Part shown: one piece after another, positions 17,973 to 26,627 of the stretch | How positions within the stretch are numbered: position 1 is the first letter of the stretch | Layout of the letters: the number at the start of each line of letters is the position of its first letter | NCBI GenBank assembly: GCA_049599475.1 | Contig: JBMYOQ010000041.1 | Coordinates: 1-36,360, forward strand | Origin: Opitutales bacterium | Lineage (GTDB): Bacteria; Verrucomicrobiota; Verrucomicrobiia; Opitutales; JABSRG01 | DNA length: 36,360 bases | Direction of reading: 5' to 3' | Notes under the pieces: generated by a model | What the model was told of the DNA's origin: nothing | The model's database searches: none | The model's input: the letters and a program-made list of their open reading frames with translations, nothing else | Made by a program: the position numbers and the translations under genes

Positions 17973-18938
17973 ATGCGGAACATGGCTAAAACACCATGTA
18001 CTATTCTTATACCGACAGATCCGGAGGCTCTAGCTATCTGGATCTCTGAAAATCGTGCTAAATATATCAATCTAGTCCGTTCTCATGACATCTCAGAGCA
18101 GGATGCGGAGGATATATACAGTAATTACACTAAAACGTTAATAACGTTAGGGCCTAAAAGGCTTGGTATTCCGAGTATTCAAAGCTTTGTCATGCGACTC
18201 TATCGTAATCGTGATAATTTCATCCGACGTCGTAGTGCCAACAAACGACAGGGAAGCAATGCCGGTCTCGATTTCGTTGAATACCAAGAGCGCATTTATA
18301 ACCTGTCCAACAGCGATGAATTCGCAAGCTGGATATTGGCGCACGGTCCCTTCGCGATTAATTCGATCTTAGCAAGAGCGAGTGATCTGACGCGAGAGGA
18401 TGCCGAGGATATTTTCGGGGATCTTCTCATGGGTCTCACCTTTCGTGGCTATGACAAAATCGGAGAACCGACGACTCAAAACCTCATGTGTCATTTAAAG
18501 CGTTATTATATTCGTTTCGTTCGCAGACGAAATGCCCAGAAACGCGGTTGCGGGGATGCCGATGCTGCGTTTGCGGATTATCATACCAGTCTTTTTGGTA
18601 AATTCTCCACGTCTTCGCCAGATATTCGAGTCGGGTACCGTGATCTGCTAGGTCGAATTATCGACGATGCATCGTTCTCGAAGTCGATCAAGGAGAGGTT
18701 GTTGCTCGATTACATCGGTATTCTTCAGTCGGACGATGTTCCGGCTATTTATGAGGCGATGTCTGCCCGCGAAAGAGGCAAGTTCTTGCCGAGGAGAAAA
18801 GTGGGTGCAGAGGAGTATCGTAGCGTGGTTCAGAATGGAATGCACCGAACACTTTCCGAGCTACGCAAGCGCTTGCGCCACTTTCGCAAAAAAATGTCGG
18901 AGCAGATCGCGCTGCCTCACGCATATAGCTCTGAATAA
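17973..18938 (+). CDS. ECF sigma-factor-like protein with tandemly duplicated region-2-like domain
   Basis: Two copies of W...DAEDI(Y/F)...F(I/V)RRRxAxKRxG, 99 aa apart; C-terminal VVQNGMHRTLSELRKRL resembles the region-4 recognition helix. Start is 17973 or 17982. Confidence 0.6.
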   Translation: MRNMAKTPCTILIPTDPEALAIWISENRAKYINLVRSHDISEQDAEDIYSNYTKTLITLGPKRLGIPSIQSFVMRLYRNRDNFIRRRSANKRQGSNAGLDFVEYQERIYNLSNSDEFASWILAHGPFAINSILARASDLTREDAEDIFGDLLMGLTFRGYDKIGEPTTQNLMCHLKRYYIRFVRRRNAQKRGCGDADAAFADYHTSLFGKFSTSSPDIRVGYRDLLGRIIDDASFSKSIKERLLLDYIGILQSDDVPAIYEAMSARERGKFLPRRKVGAEEYRSVVQNGMHRTLSELRKRLRHFRKKMSEQIALPHAYSSE

Positions 18939-18965
18939 AAGTATTAACCTTACGGAATTATCAAC

Positions 18966-19235
18966 ATGGAAACACTCTTTAATCCGGATACCATCGCGAT
19001 TCTTGCGCAGCTCACCAGTCTCACTGACGCTGTGCAGCAGGCTATGGAGACCTTCAAGCTTATCATTGGGATGCTTGTTATCGGCGTGATCATTTACGCG
19101 GGCATTCTCTTTAGCCAAGGCCAGATTGCCCAAGCTGCTTACTGCTTCTTTGGAGCAATCGTGATCGCCACAAGCTTCTTGGTGGCTTCTAGTCTGATGG
19201 AAGCGACTGGTTCAGATCTCCCACCACTCGGTTAA
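18966..19235 (+). CDS. VirB2/TrbC-like pilin (two hydrophobic helices)
   Basis: 89 aa, two TM segments joined by SQGQ, first gene before the VirB4-like ATPase. Confidence 0.55.
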   Translation: METLFNPDTIAILAQLTSLTDAVQQAMETFKLIIGMLVIGVIIYAGILFSQGQIAQAAYCFFGAIVIATSFLVASSLMEATGSDLPPLG

Positions 19236-19236
19236 C

Positions 19237-21990
19237 GTGAAGGATAAACCAGAACTACGCTGGAAATCCACCCACTTCTCCGACGAGCGACAAATTTCCG
19301 TTGGGAAATTTGTAGGAGCCCAAGTCTACGGACTTGGGCTTTCCTTAGTTTTAGGAATCTCGGTAGTGGGTGTGTTAGTACATAGCTTCAATTGGCCCGT
19401 TGTAACGAGTGCGCTGCTCGGGGCCAGTTTACCCATCGTGACCGCTTGGGTCTTACTTAAATTCGTCGTAGACAAACCTCGTGGATATATGACCGACCTG
19501 CTTGAGTGGAAGATGCGCAATCTTTCAAAGACCAGTCTCCTTCCACGGAATCAGCGGGGTTCGCAGTATGCCAGTCGCATTGAAGGAGACGCTGTCATCC
19601 ACGGCGATCCCGAAAGCTCTCTAATTCAGGGGGTTCGCATCGAGCTGCCCGGCTGGGAAAATCGCTCGGAGGAAGAGCTCCTAAGCCTTGAATCGATGAT
19701 TCGAGGGATTTTGGGCCACGCTCAGAATGATATACGCCTGCAGTTCAAGTGGTCTACAGGCTCCTATGATAGGGCGATTTTAAAACGCTACTTCGATGAC
19801 ACCGAATTGAAAGGGAGCAACGCTTGGTGCCGAGAACAGCGGAATTTCAATATCGCCCGACTTGCTGAGCAGAACAAAAGCGGGGTTCTGCGCGAGCCGA
19901 AGGTCCAACTCTTCTTATCGAAACCCTTATCTTCCGGCGAGAATGCGGTTCAGACGGCAAAGGCAGAATTGCGTTTGCCTATAGAAGACATCATTCGGCG
20001 AGTGAAATCGCTCGGTGGCTATGCGCAGATTTTATCAGAGTCCGATTTGATTGAGTTGCATCAGAAGCACTTCCATGTATCGGATAAAGAAGGCCATTTC
20101 GATCCTAACGTTTCGATTCTGGACACCTTGCTTGAGGGCGAAATCGAGGGGTGCGAAGCACCTGGTGCCAGTATTTGTGTCAATGGCGTTCATCATGGTT
20201 TCGCGATAATGAACAGCGTTCCATTGGCTACCATTCCTGGTATGATGGCATCCATTGCCCTTCTGGAGTTCAATGAATTCAGTATCAGCCTTAAAGTGCG
20301 TCTCATCGACCGAGATAAACTGATCCAGAGTGAGGAGAGTGAAGTAGAAAAGCTTGAAAGGGCGTATCGCGCGAATGGTAAAGAATCCCTAACGAGCACA
20401 AGTCAGAGCATCCGTCAGCGCATCAAACGACTGCTCACGCGCGAATCGCACCCGATGCACTTCCAATTGTTTGTTCACTGTTGGGCTGATTCACCAGAAC
20501 ACTTATCGAAGCGACTCAAGAAAGCGTCAGGGATGATCGAAGCACTCAATGCAGCTAAATCACATGTCCTCGAAGTACCCACTAGTTGCTGTAAGGCATT
20601 TTTCAATACGATGCCCGCAAGTGGGTATTCGGATGATCAAGGAAAACAGTACCTAGAAGACGTGAATCTCGCCGATTTGGTTCCGATTTGTGGAGGCAAT
20701 GGTGAACTTGGGACGAAAAATGAAGCTCTCTTCAACGCGGCTCACGGTTCTTTGCATGGTTTAAACACATTTAGCCCCCAAACGGGTTCTCCCCTCCATT
20801 GTATGGTTACGGGAAAAACGGGTGTAGGCAAGAGCTGCACAGTGAGCGAGGTGGCCACCCAAACGGGTATTCATTTTGATACCACGGTGATCTTGGATTC
20901 CGGCAAGTCGCATGCCTGCTTTGTCATGGCTAATGATAAAAACGCGAGGGTTTTAGAGATCGATCAACACAGTAAGGAAGTTCTCAATTACATGAGTACA
21001 AATGGAAGCCCATTCAGTCCTGAACACTTGCAGGCAGTGGTCCCCATTGTAGGCATTTTTGCTGCAAAGTTCATCGAATCTGTCGAGTATGGAGAGTCCC
21101 TCATATCTGAAAAACTCAATGAGTTTTATGAGTATTGGGCAACGCGGGGTGATGGGGTTAAAGTGAAAGATGGTTCCACTGCATGGTATTCTTTTTACCA
21201 CAACTTGCCTGAGGAAAAGCAGCCCACGCATTCCGATTTTCAAGCGTGGCTGAAGGAGGACTCGAAGAAAGAGTCCGAGTTTTCACACAAGGTGAGTATC
21301 TTGGCCCTGATCCTATCTCGTTGGTGCAAAGGCAAAGGGGGGCCGTCGTTGTTTGACGGAGTGGGGACGGTTTCTTTGACAGGGAAAACGGTTTATGTTG
21401 AGCTCGGGAAGTTAGCGTCTGCCCCGAAAGAGATAAAAGCAGTGACTGCGCATATTATCTCAAATATCATTGTTTCACATTTGATGCGTTTGCCACGCGA
21501 CTTGCCCAAGCGCATTATTGTCGAGGAACTGGGTGCATTTCTGGATATCGAAGGGGCCCATGCTGTTATCCGTAATCTCTACGAGCGTATGCGGAAAAAT
21601 AACGTTTGGGTGTGTGCGGTTATACAGCAGATTTCGAATCTGCCCAACGAAATAGCAGCTTCGGTTCTTGGTAATTGCAGCCAAGCAATCATTCTTCCCC
21701 AGAAATACGAGGCAGATGTTCGCATGCTTCAAAAGGCGTTTAACTTGCCTGACGCTGCCGTGCAGCGTTTGAAGAGCTTTGGTCCGCCAACGAAAGAGAC
21801 GGGGGCTCCTTTCCTCCACATGGTCAGTGAAGGTGAGCGTGTTCAGGTAAATACTGCTTATAGCATAGCAAGTCCAGAAATGCTGTATGTCTCCGATTCA
21901 GGTGGAAAGCACTTCGAGAAACGCGAGAAGGCATTGGCACAATACGACGACATTCTTGAGGGCATCTCTATCGAGGCGCGGAAACCCTAA
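19237..21990 (+). CDS. virB4: VirB4-family conjugative ATPase with fused N-terminal VirB3-like membrane domain
   Basis: Two N-terminal TM helices followed by DKPRGY; Walker A GKTGVGKS, ILDSGKSH, SLFDG, Walker B region RIIVEE, MRKNN...VIQQ, VLGNC; 917 aa. Confidence 0.85.
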   Translation: MKDKPELRWKSTHFSDERQISVGKFVGAQVYGLGLSLVLGISVVGVLVHSFNWPVVTSALLGASLPIVTAWVLLKFVVDKPRGYMTDLLEWKMRNLSKTSLLPRNQRGSQYASRIEGDAVIHGDPESSLIQGVRIELPGWENRSEEELLSLESMIRGILGHAQNDIRLQFKWSTGSYDRAILKRYFDDTELKGSNAWCREQRNFNIARLAEQNKSGVLREPKVQLFLSKPLSSGENAVQTAKAELRLPIEDIIRRVKSLGGYAQILSESDLIELHQKHFHVSDKEGHFDPNVSILDTLLEGEIEGCEAPGASICVNGVHHGFAIMNSVPLATIPGMMASIALLEFNEFSISLKVRLIDRDKLIQSEESEVEKLERAYRANGKESLTSTSQSIRQRIKRLLTRESHPMHFQLFVHCWADSPEHLSKRLKKASGMIEALNAAKSHVLEVPTSCCKAFFNTMPASGYSDDQGKQYLEDVNLADLVPICGGNGELGTKNEALFNAAHGSLHGLNTFSPQTGSPLHCMVTGKTGVGKSCTVSEVATQTGIHFDTTVILDSGKSHACFVMANDKNARVLEIDQHSKEVLNYMSTNGSPFSPEHLQAVVPIVGIFAAKFIESVEYGESLISEKLNEFYEYWATRGDGVKVKDGSTAWYSFYHNLPEEKQPTHSDFQAWLKEDSKKESEFSHKVSILALILSRWCKGKGGPSLFDGVGTVSLTGKTVYVELGKLASAPKEIKAVTAHIISNIIVSHLMRLPRDLPKRIIVEELGAFLDIEGAHAVIRNLYERMRKNNVWVCAVIQQISNLPNEIAASVLGNCSQAIILPQKYEADVRMLQKAFNLPDAAVQRLKSFGPPTKETGAPFLHMVSEGERVQVNTAYSIASPEMLYVSDSGGKHFEKREKALAQYDDILEGISIEARKP

Positions 21991-22048
21991 ATTAATTCGC
22001 GGAGCTTAGACGCTCCCTGCGCATATCAATCTGAATACTCAGATTGAT

Positions 22049-22357
22049 ATGCATTATCTTAAATACATTACTCTAATTACGTGCGCGGGTTCATCCGCGC
22101 TCTTGTCGACCGGTTGTTCTTCTGTCGGCTACTACAATAGGGAGCAAATGCAGGGCTCCTTGGACTACGCTCATGATCGTGGCTTCACCGATGGGGTTGG
22201 ACATCAAATACGGCTGAATGAGCACGAACGCCAGAACGAGCTGGAGAAGCGCCAGATCAAGGAGACTTACTACCGCATCCCTGTGAGTGGGCATACGACC
22301 GAAGACGGCATCATCATTGAGCCACATGTGGTGCCTATTCGTATCATCACCGATTAG
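22049..22357 (+). CDS. Small lipoprotein, VirB7-like by position
   Basis: Signal peptide with lipobox-like LSTG-C; 102 aa; inside the T4SS operon. Confidence 0.5.
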   Translation: MHYLKYITLITCAGSSALLSTGCSSVGYYNREQMQGSLDYAHDRGFTDGVGHQIRLNEHERQNELEKRQIKETYYRIPVSGHTTEDGIIIEPHVVPIRIITD

Positions 22358-22362
22358 ACGTC

Positions 22363-23163
22363 ATGAAATATTCACTACTTGTATTTTTCGTCTTTATTTT
22401 GACGTGCATGCCATTCACTTCGTTGGAAGCTGCATGGCCGGTGGTTGACTACAGCCAACTGCAATTGAAGGCTTTTACATCAAAACGGGCTATTCTTCAG
22501 GAAATCCTTCAAGAGGGTAACCAGCGTGTTCAAATCCTTAAAATGGTGGAGCAGATCCGTCAGATTGATAGGCAAATCGAGCTCCTAGGTGACCCGAGCA
22601 AAGTAAACCTGAGGACATTGCGTCGGTTGTATCGTCTCATCGAAGATATCCCCATTTCCAAAACTGCGGAGGAGCTTGAAGCGGTCTTTCATCCAGATTT
22701 TCTTTTTGCGGAAAACGCGGCGTTTGATCCTGTTAGTCGAGAGATCCGGATAGACGGTGCTACGGTTGCTCAGCGCGATAGCGCGCTCTTCATTCCAGAA
22801 GTCAAAGCGCGGCAGGCATTCGATCACTACGACTCCGTAAAGAGCCACAGCCTAGATCGGCGGGCTGAATTGGACTCGGAGATTCAGGATGCTCTGGATC
22901 AATTACAAACGGCTCAGACCGATAGTGAAGTGCAGAAGCTCAATGGTTTGATCGTGACGCTCAACGTTCGCCGGGCTGAAATGAGCGACGAGATCGAGCT
23001 GGCCGCGACCGAAGCTTCGAGTCGTTTCTACCGTAATCGTGTCGAATCGGACATTGCTCGCAAGGTGCGTTTCCAGGATGAGCGCGTGCGTTATCGGGTA
23101 GGAGCCCAGAAACACCTCGAGTCCTTCCCCATGCTCGACTCACCCGTGATCTTTAAGCCATGA
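22363..23163 (+). CDS. VirB5/TrbJ-like secreted helical protein
   Basis: Signal peptide LEA-AWPVVD (the PVxD start typical of VirB5/TrbJ), Gln-rich coiled coils, directly upstream of the VirB6-like gene with ATGA overlap. Confidence 0.6.
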   Translation: MKYSLLVFFVFILTCMPFTSLEAAWPVVDYSQLQLKAFTSKRAILQEILQEGNQRVQILKMVEQIRQIDRQIELLGDPSKVNLRTLRRLYRLIEDIPISKTAEELEAVFHPDFLFAENAAFDPVSREIRIDGATVAQRDSALFIPEVKARQAFDHYDSVKSHSLDRRAELDSEIQDALDQLQTAQTDSEVQKLNGLIVTLNVRRAEMSDEIELAATEASSRFYRNRVESDIARKVRFQDERVRYRVGAQKHLESFPMLDSPVIFKP

Positions 23164-24203
23164 GCGAAGCAAACCTTATTGATAGTTTTCCTGTCATTTA
23201 CCAGACGTCTCAGGATTTGCACGGCCAGCTTCTTCCGGTTGCTTTTTTGTGTACTGGGATCGGCCTTGCAGTCCGGGTTTTCAAGGGAAGCTTTGGTGAC
23301 CCCTCTGGGCTTGTTCGTGCAGTCCTATCTGCATGTATTGTTGCGGTGTGTATCTCGCAGTTCGCCTTGTGGGTGAACTCCCTGCAGCTGGCGGCGCATA
23401 GCCTCGTCGAGAGCATGGATGTCAACCCGGCTGACACCAATCGCCGCTACGCCGAACTAGTGCTAGGAGCCCAGGAGGAGAATGCTGCGCCTCGAGGCTT
23501 TTGGGATATTTTGTGGTCTGATGATGCTGGGTTTGGTGAAGCAATCACATATGCTTTGATTTTCCTGTCATCGCAATTGGCGTGGGCGTTGAGCTACCTC
23601 TTGAAAATTGTGCAGCAGGTTATCCTCGTATATTCGATATCCCTGTCGCCGGTGTTTCTGTCTTTTTTCCTGATAGACTATTTAAGGCCGATGGCGGGAC
23701 GGTTCATTATGACGATCGTCAGTGTCGGACTTTGTCCTCTGGGCTGGGCTATCGCTGATCAACTGACAGATGCATTGATGCAGATGGCTGTCGGCACCGA
23801 AAATACTTTAGCAGGGAATAGTCAGGCTCTGTTTTTCGTTATTGTGCTGACTTTGTGGATACTCTTTAGCTCCATCGCCGCTCCCTTGGTGATCATCAAA
23901 ATTCTCTCGCAAGGTGCTGACGGGATGACGACCTTGCTTAGTGGCTTTGGCAGCAGTGTGTCTCAGGGCGCAGCGTATGGGGCTGGAGGTGCCGTTGCCA
24001 CGCACATGATGGGTGCAGGGCCTATCGCTACCTCAGCGAGTGCATTCGCATCTGGTGTTGCTGGAGTGGCTAGCGGTGCCGCAGGTCGCAGCAATATGCT
24101 CGTCCCATCCATGATCGGTCTATCCTTGGGAGCGGCATCGTCTTCCACGCATTCATCCGGGAGCTATACCGATCGAGCACGCGAAATCTTCGAAAAATCA
24201 TGA
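23160..24203 (+). CDS. VirB6/TrbL-like polytopic inner-membrane protein
   Basis: Five to six hydrophobic segments, LSPVFLSF and LCPLGWAI motifs, Gly/Ala/Ser-rich tail as in TrbL. Confidence 0.72.
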   Translation: MSEANLIDSFPVIYQTSQDLHGQLLPVAFLCTGIGLAVRVFKGSFGDPSGLVRAVLSACIVAVCISQFALWVNSLQLAAHSLVESMDVNPADTNRRYAELVLGAQEENAAPRGFWDILWSDDAGFGEAITYALIFLSSQLAWALSYLLKIVQQVILVYSISLSPVFLSFFLIDYLRPMAGRFIMTIVSVGLCPLGWAIADQLTDALMQMAVGTENTLAGNSQALFFVIVLTLWILFSSIAAPLVIIKILSQGADGMTTLLSGFGSSVSQGAAYGAGGAVATHMMGAGPIATSASAFASGVAGVASGAAGRSNMLVPSMIGLSLGAASSSTHSSGSYTDRAREIFEKS

Positions 24204-24802
24204 AAACCACTATGTCCATTATCAAACGCTACAAGCATATGACCCACCTTAGTTTGGGCCTATGCTTTCTCGTAATCGGGATTTCAACGGTCGATCGTTG
24301 GAATCTCGCGCGGAGTATCCAGGAAGGGCCGCGATTTGTCGTTGTCGACGATACAACCTTCATGTTTCCGCGCTCTTTCGTGTTTCAAGACGCGCATACT
24401 ATGCATCGTGAGCAAGCGGTCCTTGCAGCTACCACACTGCTGAGCCGTTCGCCTAGTGGGATCGATAATAGAGATCGTCTTGAAGCACTCTATCACCCCG
24501 ATGCCTTCGATGAGGCGATGAAGCTCGTGAACCGGGAAGACCCTGTCTTCCAAGCCAAGTCCATTCATCAAAAAGCTACGGTAGCTGAGACGCGCTTGCT
24601 GCATTTGAGTAATCAGGCTGTGAAGACATCCGTCATCGGTCAGCTGCTTCGCGTCGGTTTGTTCGAAGATGAGACCGTTGTCGAGGTCCTCGATTTTGAA
24701 CTCAGCAGCCATTTTGTGCTCAATCCAAACTCAGTCCAGAATGGCCGCTACCCCACTATTGTATCCGAATTTAAATTAAAGATTAAACCATCCTCATTAT
24801 GA
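24200..24802 (+). CDS. VirB8/TrbF-like bitopic protein (resembles Bacteroidota TraK)
   Basis: Single N-terminal TM, FVVVD, alpha/beta periplasmic part ending NGRYPTIVSEF; overlaps both neighbours by 4 nt. Confidence 0.6.
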   Translation: MKTTMSIIKRYKHMTHLSLGLCFLVIGISTVDRWNLARSIQEGPRFVVVDDTTFMFPRSFVFQDAHTMHREQAVLAATTLLSRSPSGIDNRDRLEALYHPDAFDEAMKLVNREDPVFQAKSIHQKATVAETRLLHLSNQAVKTSVIGQLLRVGLFEDETVVEVLDFELSSHFVLNPNSVQNGRYPTIVSEFKLKIKPSSL

Positions 24803-25659
24803 AAATCGCAGCCCTACTAGCACTCATATCTACGTCATTGATGGCGTATCAACCCAAGGATCCCGAATCCGTTCATCTGGATCCCGAGAATATTCTCCCT
24901 GTTTATCTGAATCAAAATATTGATACGCTTCTTTTATTCCCTGAGCCGATTGAAATGGTGTCTGGAGTCGGCTTCAGTGAAGATTGGGAAACCTCGGATA
25001 TTCACTACCGCGCTAGCTCCAATAGCTATCGTCTTGTTCTTAAACCTAAAAAGGAGGTCTTTTCAGCTTACCTCAAAGTGAGTATCGACGGAGACGTCTT
25101 TGTGCTGCACTGCCTTCCCAGTGAGACACCGTCTACAGTTATTCGTTTTAGGCCTCCTATTCCCGTTTTGGAACCGTTTGTCGTGACTGCCGAGATTGAT
25201 CTTCCTGAACTCGAAGATCTGCTCCGTAAACCCACCCGTGAACGGCAATTTGAGTTGATGCGCCTAACCTACGAGGAAGAGGTGCTGAGGAAGCAAATAC
25301 CGTCATTATTCGATGGATACAGCTCGAAGGTCGTAAACAAGTCACACACGTCTGGGCACTTTGAAGTGACATTTGAGAAGCTCGGGCGTTTTGCGCATGA
25401 AGATGCGCTTGTTGTGGTGGCCAATGTGAGTTTCCTCCCCGGATACCGCGACCTCGATCCTACTTGGAAGCTGCGTCTCAGGATAGGTCCACAGAAGGTG
25501 TTTCCTTTCAATGAAATCCATTTTATTGCTGCTCCGACCTCGGGCCACGCTCCACTGCAATTTGTCGCGATTCTTGTCGGAGACGGATTCGGGGGGCCCG
25601 GGCACTACAGTCTCGAGAACGACTTCCACATCGAATTCATCGAAAACGGGGTTTTCTAA
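24799..25659 (+). CDS. VirB9/TraN-like outer-membrane core complex protein
   Basis: Signal peptide, DTLLLFPEPIEMV motif, beta-rich, between VirB8-like and VirB10-like genes. Confidence 0.6.
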   Translation: MKIAALLALISTSLMAYQPKDPESVHLDPENILPVYLNQNIDTLLLFPEPIEMVSGVGFSEDWETSDIHYRASSNSYRLVLKPKKEVFSAYLKVSIDGDVFVLHCLPSETPSTVIRFRPPIPVLEPFVVTAEIDLPELEDLLRKPTRERQFELMRLTYEEEVLRKQIPSLFDGYSSKVVNKSHTSGHFEVTFEKLGRFAHEDALVVVANVSFLPGYRDLDPTWKLRLRIGPQKVFPFNEIHFIAAPTSGHAPLQFVAILVGDGFGGPGHYSLENDFHIEFIENGVF

Positions 25660-26576
25660 TGCGTTTACGTAAACGTACACGCCAGCTTCTGTTATTTACG
25701 GCATTGGTCCTAGTCCTCGGAGCTGTGGTAACGATCGACATGATCCGCAATATGAAGCCCAATCCGGAGGATACCGTTGAGCGCTTGCCGAAGATTCCGG
25801 TTATTCAGGAGGAGATTGATTGGAAAGACCCAGTGATCGATACGCCCGAGCCTGAGGAAATCTTAGCCACGTTTAAAGAAGACTTCGAACCTCTTCGTAT
25901 TCGTAAAACTGAGACAAAGGTTGCTCCACAGCCGGAGGCGGCCGAACCGGAACCTGTCGAGCTCCCCCCTGAGGCCTCCATTGTCTTTGACGAGCGTCCG
26001 GTCGTTCCTAAGGAGGAAAGCGCTGTCGACATTCTGGAGCTCCCGTTTGGCACTATGATCTACGCGCGCCTTATCACGCCAATCTACTCGCATAGCGCAA
26101 GTGGGCAGCGTGTCACCTTGGAGCTTACACGTTCGCTGGTTATTGATGCACGGTCTATTCTGATCCATAAAACGCGACTGAGTGGTAAGGTGACGGGCCT
26201 CAACAACGGGCACGTGGAATTCGAACGTCAGTGGCAGATCACCGATGGGTTCCAAAAAGGTAAAGTCCTCGAAGTTCAGCTTCAACAGGCCGACTACGAT
26301 CCACACACTGCCCGCTATGGTCCCTTAGATGGTGCGAATGGAATCCGGATGGCCGATGAGTCAAAGGATATCGAGATCGAGCCTACAAAGGCTGAACAGC
26401 TGTTCCTAGATATCGTAAAGCCTGCGATTTCTCGCAGCCTTTCACCGGACGATTTATATCTCCCTGATCTATCCGGTTTAGGCGGAGATCCCTTCGGAGG
26501 GAGTCCAGGCATGCCGCCGGATCCGCCCGGTTTCTTCGTTCCATCTGGAGCGCTTGTTTATTTAGTCGCAGAATAA
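25659..26576 (+). CDS. VirB10/TrbI-like protein
   Basis: N-terminal TM, Pro/Glu-rich linker, LPFGTMIYARL, DGANGI and terminal FFVPSGALVYLV, matching the TrbI/VirB10 beta-barrel pattern. Confidence 0.68.
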   Translation: MRLRKRTRQLLLFTALVLVLGAVVTIDMIRNMKPNPEDTVERLPKIPVIQEEIDWKDPVIDTPEPEEILATFKEDFEPLRIRKTETKVAPQPEAAEPEPVELPPEASIVFDERPVVPKEESAVDILELPFGTMIYARLITPIYSHSASGQRVTLELTRSLVIDARSILIHKTRLSGKVTGLNNGHVEFERQWQITDGFQKGKVLEVQLQQADYDPHTARYGPLDGANGIRMADESKDIEIEPTKAEQLFLDIVKPAISRSLSPDDLYLPDLSGLGGDPFGGSPGMPPDPPGFFVPSGALVYLVAE

Positions 26577-26586
26577 GGCTCTCATG

Positions 26587-26621
26587 AATCCCTCGTATTT
26601 CGAAATACGAGGGATTTTTTT
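26587..26621 (+). terminator. Intrinsic terminator between convergent tra operons
   Basis: Perfect 30-bp palindrome AATCCCTCGTATTTCGAAATACGAGGGATT (26587-26616) running into a T-tract. Confidence 0.8.
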
Positions 26622-26627
26622 GTTGGC

